Below are positions 7,331 through 15,953 of a stretch of 22,114 nucleotides of DNA, piece after piece; position 1 is the first letter of the stretch; every line of letters begins with the position of its first letter. The stretch is taken from the UHGV virus genome UHGV-0246545. One strand, written 5' to 3'. The notes under the pieces were generated by a model. It saw only the letters and a program-made list of their open reading frames with translations. It was not told the origin of the DNA and made no database searches. Both the position numbers and the translations under genes were made by a program. This DNA is from a virus.

Positions 7331-7925
7331 CCGTGAAATCCGTTGTTACAGCGGTGAGGTGCGTGCTGAGCGGCATGACGATAACCCTGCGCACATTATC
7401 GGTTATGGATCGGTGTTTGACTGTCGTTCTGAGCTGATATTTGGTTCATTCCGCGAAATCATCCGGCCCGGCGCTTTTGACGATGTGCTTGGTGATGATG
7501 TACGCGCACTGTTTAACCACGATCCTAATTTTATTCTTGGGCGTAGTGCAGCAGGCACGCTGAATCTTTCAGTTGATGAGCGCGGATTGCGCTATGACAT
7601 CCAGGCTCCGGAGACACAGACCATTCGTGATCTGGTGCTGGCCCCGATGCAACGTGGAGATATTAACCAGTCATCTTTTGCTTTCCGTGTCGCCCGTGAC
7701 GGCGAGGAGTGGTATCAGGATGAGGACGGGGTTGTTATTCGCGAGATAACCCGCTTTTCCCGTCTGCTGGATGTCAGTCCTGTGACATATCCTGCCTATC
7801 AGGAGGCTGACTCGGCTGTTCGCTCCATGAAAGCATGGCAGGAGGCGCGCAACAGCGGCGCGCTACAGAAAGCCATTAATCAACGTATGGCGCGTGAACG
7901 CGTCCTGACCCTTCTTAACGCGTAA
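7323..7925 (+). CDS. Prohead maturation protease (HK97 family, peptidase U35-like)
   Basis: Translation from ATG 7323 (MNDREIRCYSGEVRAERHDD…ALFNHDPNFILGRSAAGTLNL…) is typical of HK97-type prohead proteases. GAGGGA Shine-Dalgarno upstream. ORF track start 7266 is an upstream extension overlapping the portal. Confidence 0.88.
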   Translation: MNDREIRCYSGEVRAERHDDNPAHIIGYGSVFDCRSELIFGSFREIIRPGAFDDVLGDDVRALFNHDPNFILGRSAAGTLNLSVDERGLRYDIQAPETQTIRDLVLAPMQRGDINQSSFAFRVARDGEEWYQDEDGVVIREITRFSRLLDVSPVTYPAYQEADSAVRSMKAWQEARNSGALQKAINQRMARERVLTLLNA

Positions 7926-7935
7926 AGGAAACATC

Positions 7936-9165
7936 ATGAAACTGCATGAACTGAAACAGAAACGTAATACTATCGCAACTGACATGCGCGCCCTGAATGA
8001 AAAAATTGGTGATAACGCATGGACGGAAGAGCAGCGCACTGAGTGGAACAAAGCAAAATCCGAACTGGAAGCTCTTGATGAACGAATTGCACGCGAAGAA
8101 GAACTGCGTCGTCAGGATCAGGCGTACATTGAAAGCAATAAGGAAGAGCAGCGTCAGAATCTTGATCCGGAAAACAATTCGCAACAGGATGAGAAACGAG
8201 CTCAGGTTTTTGATAAGTGGATGCGTCACGGTGCCAGTGAGCTGACATCAGAAGAGCGAAAGGCGTTGCGTGAACTTCGTGCCCAGGGTGTAGCTCAGGA
8301 TGAAAAGGGCGGATATACCGTACCAGAAACATTCCTGGCGAAAGTTGTTGAGAAGATGAAATCCTACGGTGGCATCGCCAGTGTGGCGCAGATTCTGACC
8401 ACTTCTGACGGTCGCACCATGGAGTGGGCAACAGCTGATGGTACTTCCGAAGTTGGTGTTCTGCTGGGCGAAAATGAAGAAGCCGGTGAAGAAGACACCG
8501 ATTTCGGTATGGGAAGTCTTGGGGCGCTCAAAATGACATCGAAAATCATTCGTGTGTCTAATGAGTTGCTGCAGGACAGCGCGATCGATATGGAAGCTTA
8601 TCTTGCCCGTCGCATTGCTGAACGTATTGGTCGTGGTGAAGCCCGTTATCTGATTCAGGGGACGGGGGCTGGTACGCCTAAACAACCCAAAGGGCTGGTC
8701 GCATCTGTGACCGGCACAACACAGACTGCCGCGGCAAATACGGTGAAGTGGCAGGAAATTCTGGCTCTGAAACACAGCATTGATCCTGCATATCGTCGCG
8801 GACCGAAATTCCGCCTGGCGTTTAACGATAATACGCTGAAACTGATCAGTGAGATGGAAGACGGTCAGGGACGCCCTTTATGGTTGCCGGATATTGTTGG
8901 TGTGGCACCTGCTTCAGTGTTGAATGTACCGTATGTCATTGATCAGGAAATTGATGATATCGGGGCGGGTAAAAAATTCATGTTCTGTGGTGACTTTGAT
9001 CGCTTCATTATCCGTCGTGTGCGATACATGATTCTTAAACGTCTGGTTGAGCGTTACGCGGAATATGATCAGACCGGTTTTCTGGCCTTCCATCGTTTTG
9101 ACTGTATCCTGGAAGACACCTCTGCCATTAAAGCGCTGGTGGGGAAAGGTAGCGTTGGTGGTTGA
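7936..9165 (+). CDS. Major capsid protein (HK97 fold) with N-terminal coiled-coil delta/scaffolding domain
   Basis: 409 aa. N-terminal ~100 aa are charged and coiled-coil-like (ELEALDERIAREEELRRQDQAYIE), followed by a capsid-type body. Sits after the protease as in HK97-like head modules. AAGGAA Shine-Dalgarno. Confidence 0.92.
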   Translation: MKLHELKQKRNTIATDMRALNEKIGDNAWTEEQRTEWNKAKSELEALDERIAREEELRRQDQAYIESNKEEQRQNLDPENNSQQDEKRAQVFDKWMRHGASELTSEERKALRELRAQGVAQDEKGGYTVPETFLAKVVEKMKSYGGIASVAQILTTSDGRTMEWATADGTSEVGVLLGENEEAGEEDTDFGMGSLGALKMTSKIIRVSNELLQDSAIDMEAYLARRIAERIGRGEARYLIQGTGAGTPKQPKGLVASVTGTTQTAAANTVKWQEILALKHSIDPAYRRGPKFRLAFNDNTLKLISEMEDGQGRPLWLPDIVGVAPASVLNVPYVIDQEIDDIGAGKKFMFCGDFDRFIIRRVRYMILKRLVERYAEYDQTGFLAFHRFDCILEDTSAIKALVGKGSVGG

Positions 9166-9189
9166 TTAGTCTTTTTACGTAATACAGCA

Positions 9190-9211
9190 CGCCGCGTAAT
9201 GCGGTTTTTTT
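9190..9211 (+). terminator. Intrinsic terminator-like hairpin plus T7 tract just downstream of the major capsid gene
   Basis: Short stem CCGC/GCGG (9192-9195 / 9201-9204) with 5-nt loop, followed by TTTTTTT (9205-9211). The stem is short, so probably a partial (attenuating) terminator. Confidence 0.45.
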
Positions 9212-9243
9212 GTGCCCGCGTTCTGGCGGGCACAGGAGGTTTT

Positions 9244-9567
9244 ATGCTGTTAAAAATGGAAGAGATTAAGCTTCAGCTCCGTCTGGATGATGATTTCTCT
9301 GATGAAGATGAGTTGCTTGAACTGCTTGGTAAGGCCGCTCAGAGTCGTACGGAAAACTTCCTTAACCGTAAGTTGTATGCAACCGCAGATGACAGGCCTG
9401 CGGATGATCCTGATGGGCTTGTGATATCTGATGATGTGAAGCTGGCGCTTCTGCTACTTGTCAGCCATTTCTACGAAAACCGCTCAACGGTTACAGACGT
9501 TGAGAAAATGGAGTTGCCAATGAGTTTTAACTGGTTGGTTGCTCCTTATCGCCTTATACCACTATGA
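9244..9567 (+). CDS. Head-tail connector / DNA-packaging protein (phage gp6-like)
   Basis: MLLKMEEIKLQLRLDDDFSDEDELLELLGKAAQ… is typical of gp6-like head-tail connector proteins. AGGAGG Shine-Dalgarno at 9234-9239. The ORF track start at 9199 is a non-ATG upstream extension. Confidence 0.75.
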   Translation: MLLKMEEIKLQLRLDDDFSDEDELLELLGKAAQSRTENFLNRKLYATADDRPADDPDGLVISDDVKLALLLLVSHFYENRSTVTDVEKMELPMSFNWLVAPYRLIPL

Positions 9568-9974
9568 AAATTCGTCAGGCGCAGACCAGCGCAACCTACA
9601 TACTGCCGGACCCCGGCGAACTGAATAAACGCGTCCTGATCCGCCAGCGGGTGGATATGCCCGCGGATAACTTTGGCGTGGAGCCTCAATACCCGGTTGC
9701 GTTCCGGGCATGGGCGAAGGTTATCCAGACCAGTGCCACCACCTGGCAGGAAACCGCGCAGACCGGAGATGCCATCACCCATTACATCACCATTCGCTAC
9801 CGCCGCGGGATCACTGCTGATTATGAGGTGGTCTGTGATGACAGTGTGTACCGGGTGAAACGTCAGCGCGATCTGAACGGGGCGCGGCGCTTTCTGCTGC
9901 TGGAGTGTACGGAACTGGGCGAATTTACGCAGAGTCACGGAGGCAGCAATGGCGACTCCCTTTTTTCACGTTGA
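9564..9974 (+). CDS. Head closure / head-tail adaptor protein (putative)
   Basis: 136-aa ORF in the conserved position after the gp6-like connector, with ATGA overlap. Assignment is by position and size rather than strong motif recognition. Confidence 0.55.
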   Translation: MKIRQAQTSATYILPDPGELNKRVLIRQRVDMPADNFGVEPQYPVAFRAWAKVIQTSATTWQETAQTGDAITHYITIRYRRGITADYEVVCDDSVYRVKRQRDLNGARRFLLLECTELGEFTQSHGGSNGDSLFSR

Positions 9975-10455
9975 TGTTCAGCAGCCCGCGGAGATGCGCT
10001 TTAACCGCGCCCGTGTCCGGCGGGCGTTTGTCACGATTGGGCAGCGTCATATGCGTGATGCCCGTCGGCTGGTGATGCGCCGTGCGCGGTCGGCACCGGG
10101 TGAAAACCCCGGTTATCAGACCGGACGCCTGGCTCGTTCGATTGGTTACATGGTGCCGAGAGCCAGTAAAAAGCGAGCCGGTTTTATGACACGCATTGCC
10201 CCTAACCAGCGCAACGGGAAGGGGAACCGGATGATCTCTGGTGACTTCTATCCGGCGTTTCTGTTTTTTGGTGTCCGGGGAGGAGCAAAACGTCGTCGCA
10301 GTCATCATCGTGGTGCATCCGGTGGCAGCGGCTGGCGACTGGCTCCACGTAATAACTTCATGGTGGAAACTCTTGAAAAGAACCGCAGCTGGACACGCTA
10401 TTTTCTGGCGCGGGAATTGCGTAAATCACTGAAGCCGGAGCGACGACACAGATGA
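9949..10455 (+). CDS. HK97 gp10-like / virion morphogenesis (tail completion) protein (putative)
   Basis: 168-aa basic protein; GGAGG Shine-Dalgarno 5 nt upstream of ATG 9949. Position between head-completion and tail genes. Family call is tentative. Confidence 0.5.
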   Translation: MATPFFHVDVQQPAEMRFNRARVRRAFVTIGQRHMRDARRLVMRRARSAPGENPGYQTGRLARSIGYMVPRASKKRAGFMTRIAPNQRNGKGNRMISGDFYPAFLFFGVRGGAKRRRSHHRGASGGSGWRLAPRNNFMVETLEKNRSWTRYFLARELRKSLKPERRHR

Positions 10456-11012
10456 AACTGACGCCTGTTATTGCTGCGCTGCGTGCCCGCTGCCCGTATT
10501 TTGAAAACCGGGTGGCAGGCGCGGCACAGTTCAAAAATCTGCCGGAGGTCGGAAAGCTGAGACTCCCGGCGGCGTATGTGGTACCGGGTGATGACTCTCC
10601 GGGAGAAAACAAAAGCCAGACCGACTACTGGCAGGAGCTGAAAGAGGGCTTCTCCGTGGTTGTCATACTGAGTAACGGGCGTGATGAGCGCGGTCAGTTT
10701 GCTTCGTATGATGTGGTGGACGATGTCCGGAAGATGCTCTTTAAGGCCCTGCTGGGCTGGAACCCGGAGGCGTGCGGTAACCCGATTACCTATGACGGCG
10801 GCACGCTGCTGGATCTGAATCGTCATGAGCTGATTTATCAGTTCGATTTTTCGGTCATCAGCGAGCTGACTGAAGGCGATACCCGCCAGCAGGATGATCT
10901 GAACAGTCTGGATGAACTGCAAACGCTGGCGATTGATGTTGATTATCTCGAGCCCGGTAACGGGCCTGACGGCGATATCGAACATCACACCGAAATAACC
11001 CTTCCTTCCTGA
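10452..11012 (+). CDS. Mu gp37-like virion protein (putative tail terminator or sheath-proximal protein)
   Basis: 186-aa ORF positioned upstream of the tail sheath gene as in Mu-like tail modules. Family call is from recall of Mu gene order, not a computed search. Confidence 0.5.
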   Translation: MKLTPVIAALRARCPYFENRVAGAAQFKNLPEVGKLRLPAAYVVPGDDSPGENKSQTDYWQELKEGFSVVVILSNGRDERGQFASYDVVDDVRKMLFKALLGWNPEACGNPITYDGGTLLDLNRHELIYQFDFSVISELTEGDTRQQDDLNSLDELQTLAIDVDYLEPGNGPDGDIEHHTEITLPS

Positions 11013-11020
11013 GAATCTTC

Positions 11021-11191
11021 ATGTTTGTGAAACCTATTAAAGGGCGGTCAGTTCCTGACCCTGCCCGCGGCGACCTTTTGCCCGCCGAAGGGCGAAATGT
11101 TGACGAGAACAACTACTGGCTGCGCCGTGAAGCAGCGGGTGATATCCGGCGCGTGAATAAAAAGGTGAATACCGATGACGATAAGCTTTAA
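11021..11191 (+). CDS. Small conserved phage protein (56 aa) preceding the tail sheath (DUF2635-like, tentative)
   Basis: Hand-translated: MFVKPIKGRSVPDPARGDLLPAEGRNVDENNYWLRREAAGDIRRVNKKVNTDDDKL. Overlaps the sheath start by 17 nt. Below the ORF-track cutoff. Confidence 0.4.
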   Translation: MFVKPIKGRSVPDPARGDLLPAEGRNVDENNYWLRREAAGDIRRVNKKVNTDDDKL

Positions 11192-12671
11192 CACCATTCC
11201 GTCGAATACGCTGGTTCCGTTGTTTTATGCGGAAATGGATAACTCGGCGGCGAATACTGCACAGGACAGCGGAGCATCGCTGCTGATTGGTCATGCCAAT
11301 AACGGTGCAGAGATTGTTGCCAACAGTCTGGTACTGATGCCGTCGGCAGACTATGCACGCCAGATTTGTGGTGCGGGAAGTCAGCTGGCGCGTATGGTCG
11401 AGGCTTATCGCCAGACCGACTCGTTTGGTGAGCTGTATGTGATTGCCGTTCCTGAATCCACAGGCGCGGCGGCAACGGTTACGCTGACGGTGACCGGGGC
11501 GGCAACCGAAACCGGCACGGTGAATGTCTATGTGGGACGTACCCGCGTGCAGGCTCCGGTGACCAACGGCGATAACGTCACGACGATTGCCAGCAGTATC
11601 AAAGATGCCATCAATGCCGTTCCGGCCCTGCCGTTTACGGCTTCATCTTCGGCAGGCGTGGTCACACTGACCGCGCGTCATAAGGGGCTTTGCGGGAATG
11701 AAATTCCTGTCAGCCTCAATTACTACGGCTTTGGTGGGGGCGAAGTGCTGCCAGCGGGCGTACAGATTGCCGTGGCGACGGGGACCGCCGGAACGGGTGC
11801 TCCGGTTCTCACCGGCGCGGTGGCTGCAATGGCGGATGAGCCGTTTGATTATATCGGCCTGCCGTTCAACGACACGGCCTCCGTTAACACGCTGGTGACC
11901 GAGATGAACGATACCAGCGGTCGCTGGAGCTATGCGCGTCAGCTGTATGGTCATGTGTATACGGCAAAGATCGGCACGCTGTCAGAACTGGTGACCGCAG
12001 GTGACCAGTTTAACCAGCAGCACATTACCCTGGCGGGGTACGAAAAAGAGACCCAGACGCCTGCCGACGAACTGGCGGCAAGCCGTACCGCCCGCGCAGC
12101 GGTGTTTATTCGCAACGATCCGGCACGTCCCACGCAGACCGGTGAGCTGGTGGGTATGCTGCCTGCGCCGAAGGGGAAACGGTTCACGATGACCGAACAA
12201 CAGACCCTGCTGTCTCATGGCGTGGCAACGGCGTATGTCGAAAGCGGGGTACTGCGCATTCAGCGTGATGTCACCACGTACAGGAAAAACGCTTACGGGG
12301 TTGCGGATAACAGCTACCTAGACAGTGAGACTCTGCATACCAGCGCGTATGTACTGCGCAAACTGAAATCCGTCATTACCAGTAAGTACGGGCGTCACAA
12401 GCTTGCCAGTGACGGTACCCGCTTTGGTCCCGGTCAGGCGATTGTCACCCCGGCGGTGATCAAAGGGGAACTGCTGGCAACCTACCGTCAGCTTGAGCGT
12501 GCGGGGATCGTGGAAAACTACGCACTGTTTAAGCAGTACCTAGTTGTGGAGCGTGATGCCAGCGATCCGAACCGCCTGAACACGCTGTTCCCGCCTGACT
12601 ATGTTAACCAGTTGCGTGTCTTTGCCGTGGTTAACCAGTTCCGTCTTCAGTATTCAGAGGAGTCCGCATAA
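11175..12671 (+). CDS. Tail sheath protein (Mu gpL-like, contractile tail)
   Basis: 498 aa, size and sequence character of Mu-like sheath proteins; immediately followed by tube and chaperone genes with TAATG-type overlaps. Confidence 0.88.
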   Translation: MTISFNTIPSNTLVPLFYAEMDNSAANTAQDSGASLLIGHANNGAEIVANSLVLMPSADYARQICGAGSQLARMVEAYRQTDSFGELYVIAVPESTGAAATVTLTVTGAATETGTVNVYVGRTRVQAPVTNGDNVTTIASSIKDAINAVPALPFTASSSAGVVTLTARHKGLCGNEIPVSLNYYGFGGGEVLPAGVQIAVATGTAGTGAPVLTGAVAAMADEPFDYIGLPFNDTASVNTLVTEMNDTSGRWSYARQLYGHVYTAKIGTLSELVTAGDQFNQQHITLAGYEKETQTPADELAASRTARAAVFIRNDPARPTQTGELVGMLPAPKGKRFTMTEQQTLLSHGVATAYVESGVLRIQRDVTTYRKNAYGVADNSYLDSETLHTSAYVLRKLKSVITSKYGRHKLASDGTRFGPGQAIVTPAVIKGELLATYRQLERAGIVENYALFKQYLVVERDASDPNRLNTLFPPDYVNQLRVFAVVNQFRLQYSEESA

Positions 12672-13027
12672 TGGCCCGTATCGGGGGAACCTGTTATTTC
12701 AAAATTGACGGTCAGCAGCTATCGCTGACCGGCGGCATTGAGGTGCCCATGAACAGGACGGTCAATGATGACATCATCGGCCTGGACGGTTCAGTGGACC
12801 GCAAGGAAACTCACCGTGCGCCTTATGTCAAAGGGACCTTCAAGGTGCCGAAGAATTTTCCGGTGAGCAAAATCACCTCGTCTGATGAGATGACCATCAC
12901 TGCCGAGCTGGCGAACGGTCAGGTCTATGTACTGTCGTCTGCCTGGCTGCACGGCGAAGCGAACCATAATGCCGAAGAAGGCACGGTCGATCTTGAGTTC
13001 CACGGTGAAGAAGGGGATTACCAGTAA
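12671..13027 (+). CDS. Tail tube protein (Mu gpM-like)
   Basis: 118-aa ORF directly after the sheath, start overlapping the sheath stop. Typical size for a contractile-tail tube protein. Confidence 0.82.
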   Translation: MARIGGTCYFKIDGQQLSLTGGIEVPMNRTVNDDIIGLDGSVDRKETHRAPYVKGTFKVPKNFPVSKITSSDEMTITAELANGQVYVLSSAWLHGEANHNAEEGTVDLEFHGEEGDYQ

Positions 13028-13296
13028 TGAAAGAGCTTGAGTTAAAGAAACCGATTACCGCTCATGGCGAGACACTCTCCGTACTGGAGTTTGATGAGCC
13101 CACCGGGAAAGATGTCCGCGAGCTGGGGTATCCCTACCAGATGAATCAGGATGAGTCCGTCAGACTTCTGGCGCATGTGGTGTCGAAATACATTGTGCGG
13201 CTGGCGAAAGTGCCGCAAAGCTCTGTCGACCAGATGTCTCCGGCAGACCTGAATGCAGCGGCGTGGCTTGTGGCTGGTTTTTTCCTCCAGGCCTGA
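13027..13296 (+). CDS. Tail assembly chaperone (0-frame product)
   Basis: 89-aa acidic ORF between tube and tape measure. Contains a slippery heptamer near its 3' end (see frameshift feature). Confidence 0.75.
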   Translation: MKELELKKPITAHGETLSVLEFDEPTGKDVRELGYPYQMNQDESVRLLAHVVSKYIVRLAKVPQSSVDQMSPADLNAAAWLVAGFFLQA

Positions 13297-13445
13297 CGGC
13301 TGAATACCTCACTGATCGCTTCTTTGACTGCGCCAGCTACTGGCGCATTAATCCCTTCGAATTGCTGAATATGCCGATCAGTGAAATTCCCTTGCTGGTC
13401 AGTCAGGCAAACAGGATAGAGCAGGAGAAACGCACACATGGCTGA
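13027..13445 (+). CDS. Tail assembly chaperone, -1 frameshift-extended isoform (shift at T_TTT_TTC, 13278-13284)
   Basis: Slippery heptamer TTTTTTC lies 10 nt before the 0-frame stop. The -1 frame is open from there to 13445 (…PPGLTAEYLTDRFFDCASYWRINPFELLNMPISEIPLLVSQANRIEQEKRTHG) and ends 8 nt inside the tape measure start. Confidence 0.55.
13278..13284 (+). promoter_or_regulatory. Slippery heptanucleotide T_TTT_TTC for programmed -1 ribosomal frameshifting
   Basis: In the 0 frame the codons are GGT TTT TTC, so the heptamer fits the X_XXY_YYZ pattern, and the -1 frame is open downstream. Confidence 0.55.
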
Positions 13446-15270
13446 ATTTGAGCTTAAGGCGTTGATCACCGGTGTCGACAGGCTTTCTCCCGCGCTGTCG
13501 AAAATGCAAAAGAAAATCCGGGGATTTAAACGCCAGGCGGAAGAAGCGTCACAGGGTGGGCTGGCGCTTGGTGGAGGACTGGCAGCGGGGCTGACGCTTT
13601 CCCTGAAATCTTATGCCGATCAGGAAAACGCCGCCACCGGGCTGAAAGTCGCCATGATGGATGCGAACGGCGAGGTTGGAAAGAGCTTTCAGGACATCAA
13701 TAAACTGGCTATTGGCCTGGGTAACCAGCTACCCGGTACAACGGCTGATTTCCAGAACATGATGCAGATGCTGGTGCGTCAGGGGATCCCGGCAGAAAAC
13801 ATTCTGGGTGGTGTGGGTAAAGCGACAGCTTATCTTGCGGTACAACTGAAAAAAACACCGGAAGCGGCTGCTGAGTTTGCTGCAAAGATGCAGGATGCTA
13901 CCGGAACGGCGTCAGAAGACATGATGGGGCTGTTCGACACTATCCAGAAGGCGTTTTATCTGGGCGTTGACGATACCAACATGTTGTCCTTCTTCACTAA
14001 AACCAGTTCTGTTCTGAAGATGGTGAACAAGGACGGTCTTCAGGCTGCACAGAGCCTTGCCCCCATCAGCGTCATGATGGATCAGATGGGGATGAACGGG
14101 GAGTCGGCAGGTAATGCCCTGCGAAAAGTTATCCAGTCCGGATTAAGCGTTAAGAAAATCAGGGACGTCAATAAAGTTATGGCCCGTCAGAAACTCGGGG
14201 TACAGCTCGATTTTACTGACGGCAAAGGAAGTTTTGGCGGTCTTGATAACATGTTTAAGCAACTGGCAAAGCTGCGAAAACTTACCGACGTTAAGCGAAC
14301 AGGTGTACTTAAGGCAATATTTGGTGATGATGCCGAAACCCTTCAGGTGGTCAATGCGCTGATCGATAAAGGAAAGGATGGTTACGATCAGATCCAGCAA
14401 AAGATGAATAAACAGGCCAGCCTGAATAAACGTGTTCAGGCACAGCTTGGTACGCTGTCCAACCTGTGGGAGGCAATGACGGGGACCGCAACTAACGGCC
14501 TTGCGGCTATTGGCGGCGCATTTTCTGGTGACGCCAAAAATATCACGCAATGGCTGGGGGAGTTGGGGGAAAAATTCACGAAGTTTGCGGATGAAAATCC
14601 CCGGGTTATTCGCGGCGTCGTCGGGCTTGCTGCCGGTCTTGCGATTCTGAAACTGGGATTGATGGGCGTGGGCAGTGCCATCAGCATTGTCAGCAGGATC
14701 ATGTCGATGACGCCGATTGGCATGATTGCGACGGCGATAGCCCTGGCTGCGGGATTAATTATCACTAACTGGGATGTTGTCGGACCTTATTTCAAGAAGC
14801 TCTGGGAAACCATTGGTCCTTATTTTGAGGCTGGCTGGGAACTCCTTAAGAAAGTTTTTGCCTGGTCGCCGATGGGGATGGTGATCAATAACTGGGGGCC
14901 GGTTGTTAAGTGGTTTCAGGATATGTGGGACAAGCTGAAGCCAATTATTGAGTGGTTTACCGACAGTTCCGGTGACACGGTCGATGCCATTAACTCTGCG
15001 CAGTGGGGCGCGGGTGCTTATGATGCTTATGGGACGGGAATACCGGCACGGGGATACACTCCTTATCCGGCGGTGGATCCGGCTCAGGCAAACAACGCCT
15101 CCGATGCCACAGGCTCGAATCCCTTCATGATTAATAAAGCTACCGCGCCAAAAGTTGATGGTGAGATCAAGGTATCATTTATAAATATGCCACCAGGTAT
15201 GCGGGTTACGGAAACACGCTCCAGTGGCATTGATATAAATCACGATGTTGGCTATACCCGATTTTGGTAG
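13438..15270 (+). CDS. Tail tape measure protein
   Basis: 610 aa, alanine- and glycine-rich with predicted long helical regions and a C-terminal hydrophobic stretch. Located after the frameshifted chaperone. AGGAG Shine-Dalgarno at 13423-13427. Confidence 0.9.
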   Translation: MAEFELKALITGVDRLSPALSKMQKKIRGFKRQAEEASQGGLALGGGLAAGLTLSLKSYADQENAATGLKVAMMDANGEVGKSFQDINKLAIGLGNQLPGTTADFQNMMQMLVRQGIPAENILGGVGKATAYLAVQLKKTPEAAAEFAAKMQDATGTASEDMMGLFDTIQKAFYLGVDDTNMLSFFTKTSSVLKMVNKDGLQAAQSLAPISVMMDQMGMNGESAGNALRKVIQSGLSVKKIRDVNKVMARQKLGVQLDFTDGKGSFGGLDNMFKQLAKLRKLTDVKRTGVLKAIFGDDAETLQVVNALIDKGKDGYDQIQQKMNKQASLNKRVQAQLGTLSNLWEAMTGTATNGLAAIGGAFSGDAKNITQWLGELGEKFTKFADENPRVIRGVVGLAAGLAILKLGLMGVGSAISIVSRIMSMTPIGMIATAIALAAGLIITNWDVVGPYFKKLWETIGPYFEAGWELLKKVFAWSPMGMVINNWGPVVKWFQDMWDKLKPIIEWFTDSSGDTVDAINSAQWGAGAYDAYGTGIPARGYTPYPAVDPAQANNASDATGSNPFMINKATAPKVDGEIKVSFINMPPGMRVTETRSSGIDINHDVGYTRFW

Positions 15271-15298
15271 CCAGGATTCCCCTCACATGTATTGCTGG

Positions 15299-15326
15299 TT
15301 GTAAGTCATAAATAGAGTGATAGAAT
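15299..15326 (+). promoter_or_regulatory. Candidate sigma70 promoter with extended -10 (TTGTAA 15299-15304, 16-nt spacer, TGaTAGAAT 15318-15326) for the tail-module moron
   Basis: Found by eye in the AT-rich gap between the tape measure stop and the moron ATG. -35 is 4/6 and -10 is 5/6 to consensus, with a TG extension. Confidence 0.35.
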
Positions 15327-15361
15327 TAATGCACATTTAGAAAAATGTTAATAGGCGAAAA

Positions 15362-15892
15362 ATGAAAGGCTATATCACAGCAAGTGTAATTCTTGGAGCA
15401 GCGGCTATTTTTTCATCTCTCATAATCTCTGGCAACATCTCCTTTAAAGATGAACATATTATTCAGTTATCTGGAGGAGCCATAAAACTTGGTGATGTTT
15501 ATAAAGAAAATAAATTGATAAGTGCAAAGATTATTTTTCCAGATAATCAGGGTGAACAGATTCTTGTTGTCGACGGCAATCCTGAAAACTTTAAGGAGGA
15601 TTTTCAGGAGAAATTAAATAAAGTAATAAAAACTTTAAATGCGTCAAAGAAAAAAGATGAAGAGAAAGTTAGCCTGGATAATTTAAGTGTTATTGAAGAG
15701 TCTAAACTAGAGCTCGTTTCTGCGGTGCGTTACTCTGCTCAGTATGTTCCTATGTTTACTCTGACGCTGGACAAAAAAGAAATTACCATGCCTAAAAATA
15801 CGGTAATATTTCCATTTGCCAGCGATGAAACAGCTAAGTATTTAAATGAACAACAGCAAAAGTATAAAGATTCGTTGTTTCTGACTCGCTAA
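15362..15892 (+). CDS. Hypothetical secreted or membrane-anchored protein, 176 aa, AT-rich moron
   Basis: N-terminal hydrophobic segment ITASVILGAAAIFSSLIISG (signal peptide or signal anchor, no lipobox Cys), lysine-rich body. Visibly AT-rich, flanked by its own promoter-like sequence and a strong terminator. Confidence 0.7.
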   Translation: MKGYITASVILGAAAIFSSLIISGNISFKDEHIIQLSGGAIKLGDVYKENKLISAKIIFPDNQGEQILVVDGNPENFKEDFQEKLNKVIKTLNASKKKDEEKVSLDNLSVIEESKLELVSAVRYSAQYVPMFTLTLDKKEITMPKNTVIFPFASDETAKYLNEQQQKYKDSLFLTR

Positions 15893-15910
15893 TTAATAAA
15901 ATTCATTACA

Positions 15911-15940
15911 AGGCCACCTTCTAATAGGTGGCTTTTTTAT
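15911..15940 (+). terminator. Rho-independent terminator after the tail-module moron
   Basis: Perfect 7-bp stem GCCACCT (15913-15919) / AGGTGGC (15926-15932), 6-nt loop, followed by TTTTTT (15933-15938). Confidence 0.75.
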
Positions 15941-15953
15941 TTTCGGAGTGTAT

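Noticed and set aside
9212-9233. Second hairpin after the capsid gene considered as an intrinsic terminator
   Set aside because: Perfect stem but no downstream U tract (it is followed directly by AGGAGG), so not a canonical terminator; reported only as a possible regulatory structure.
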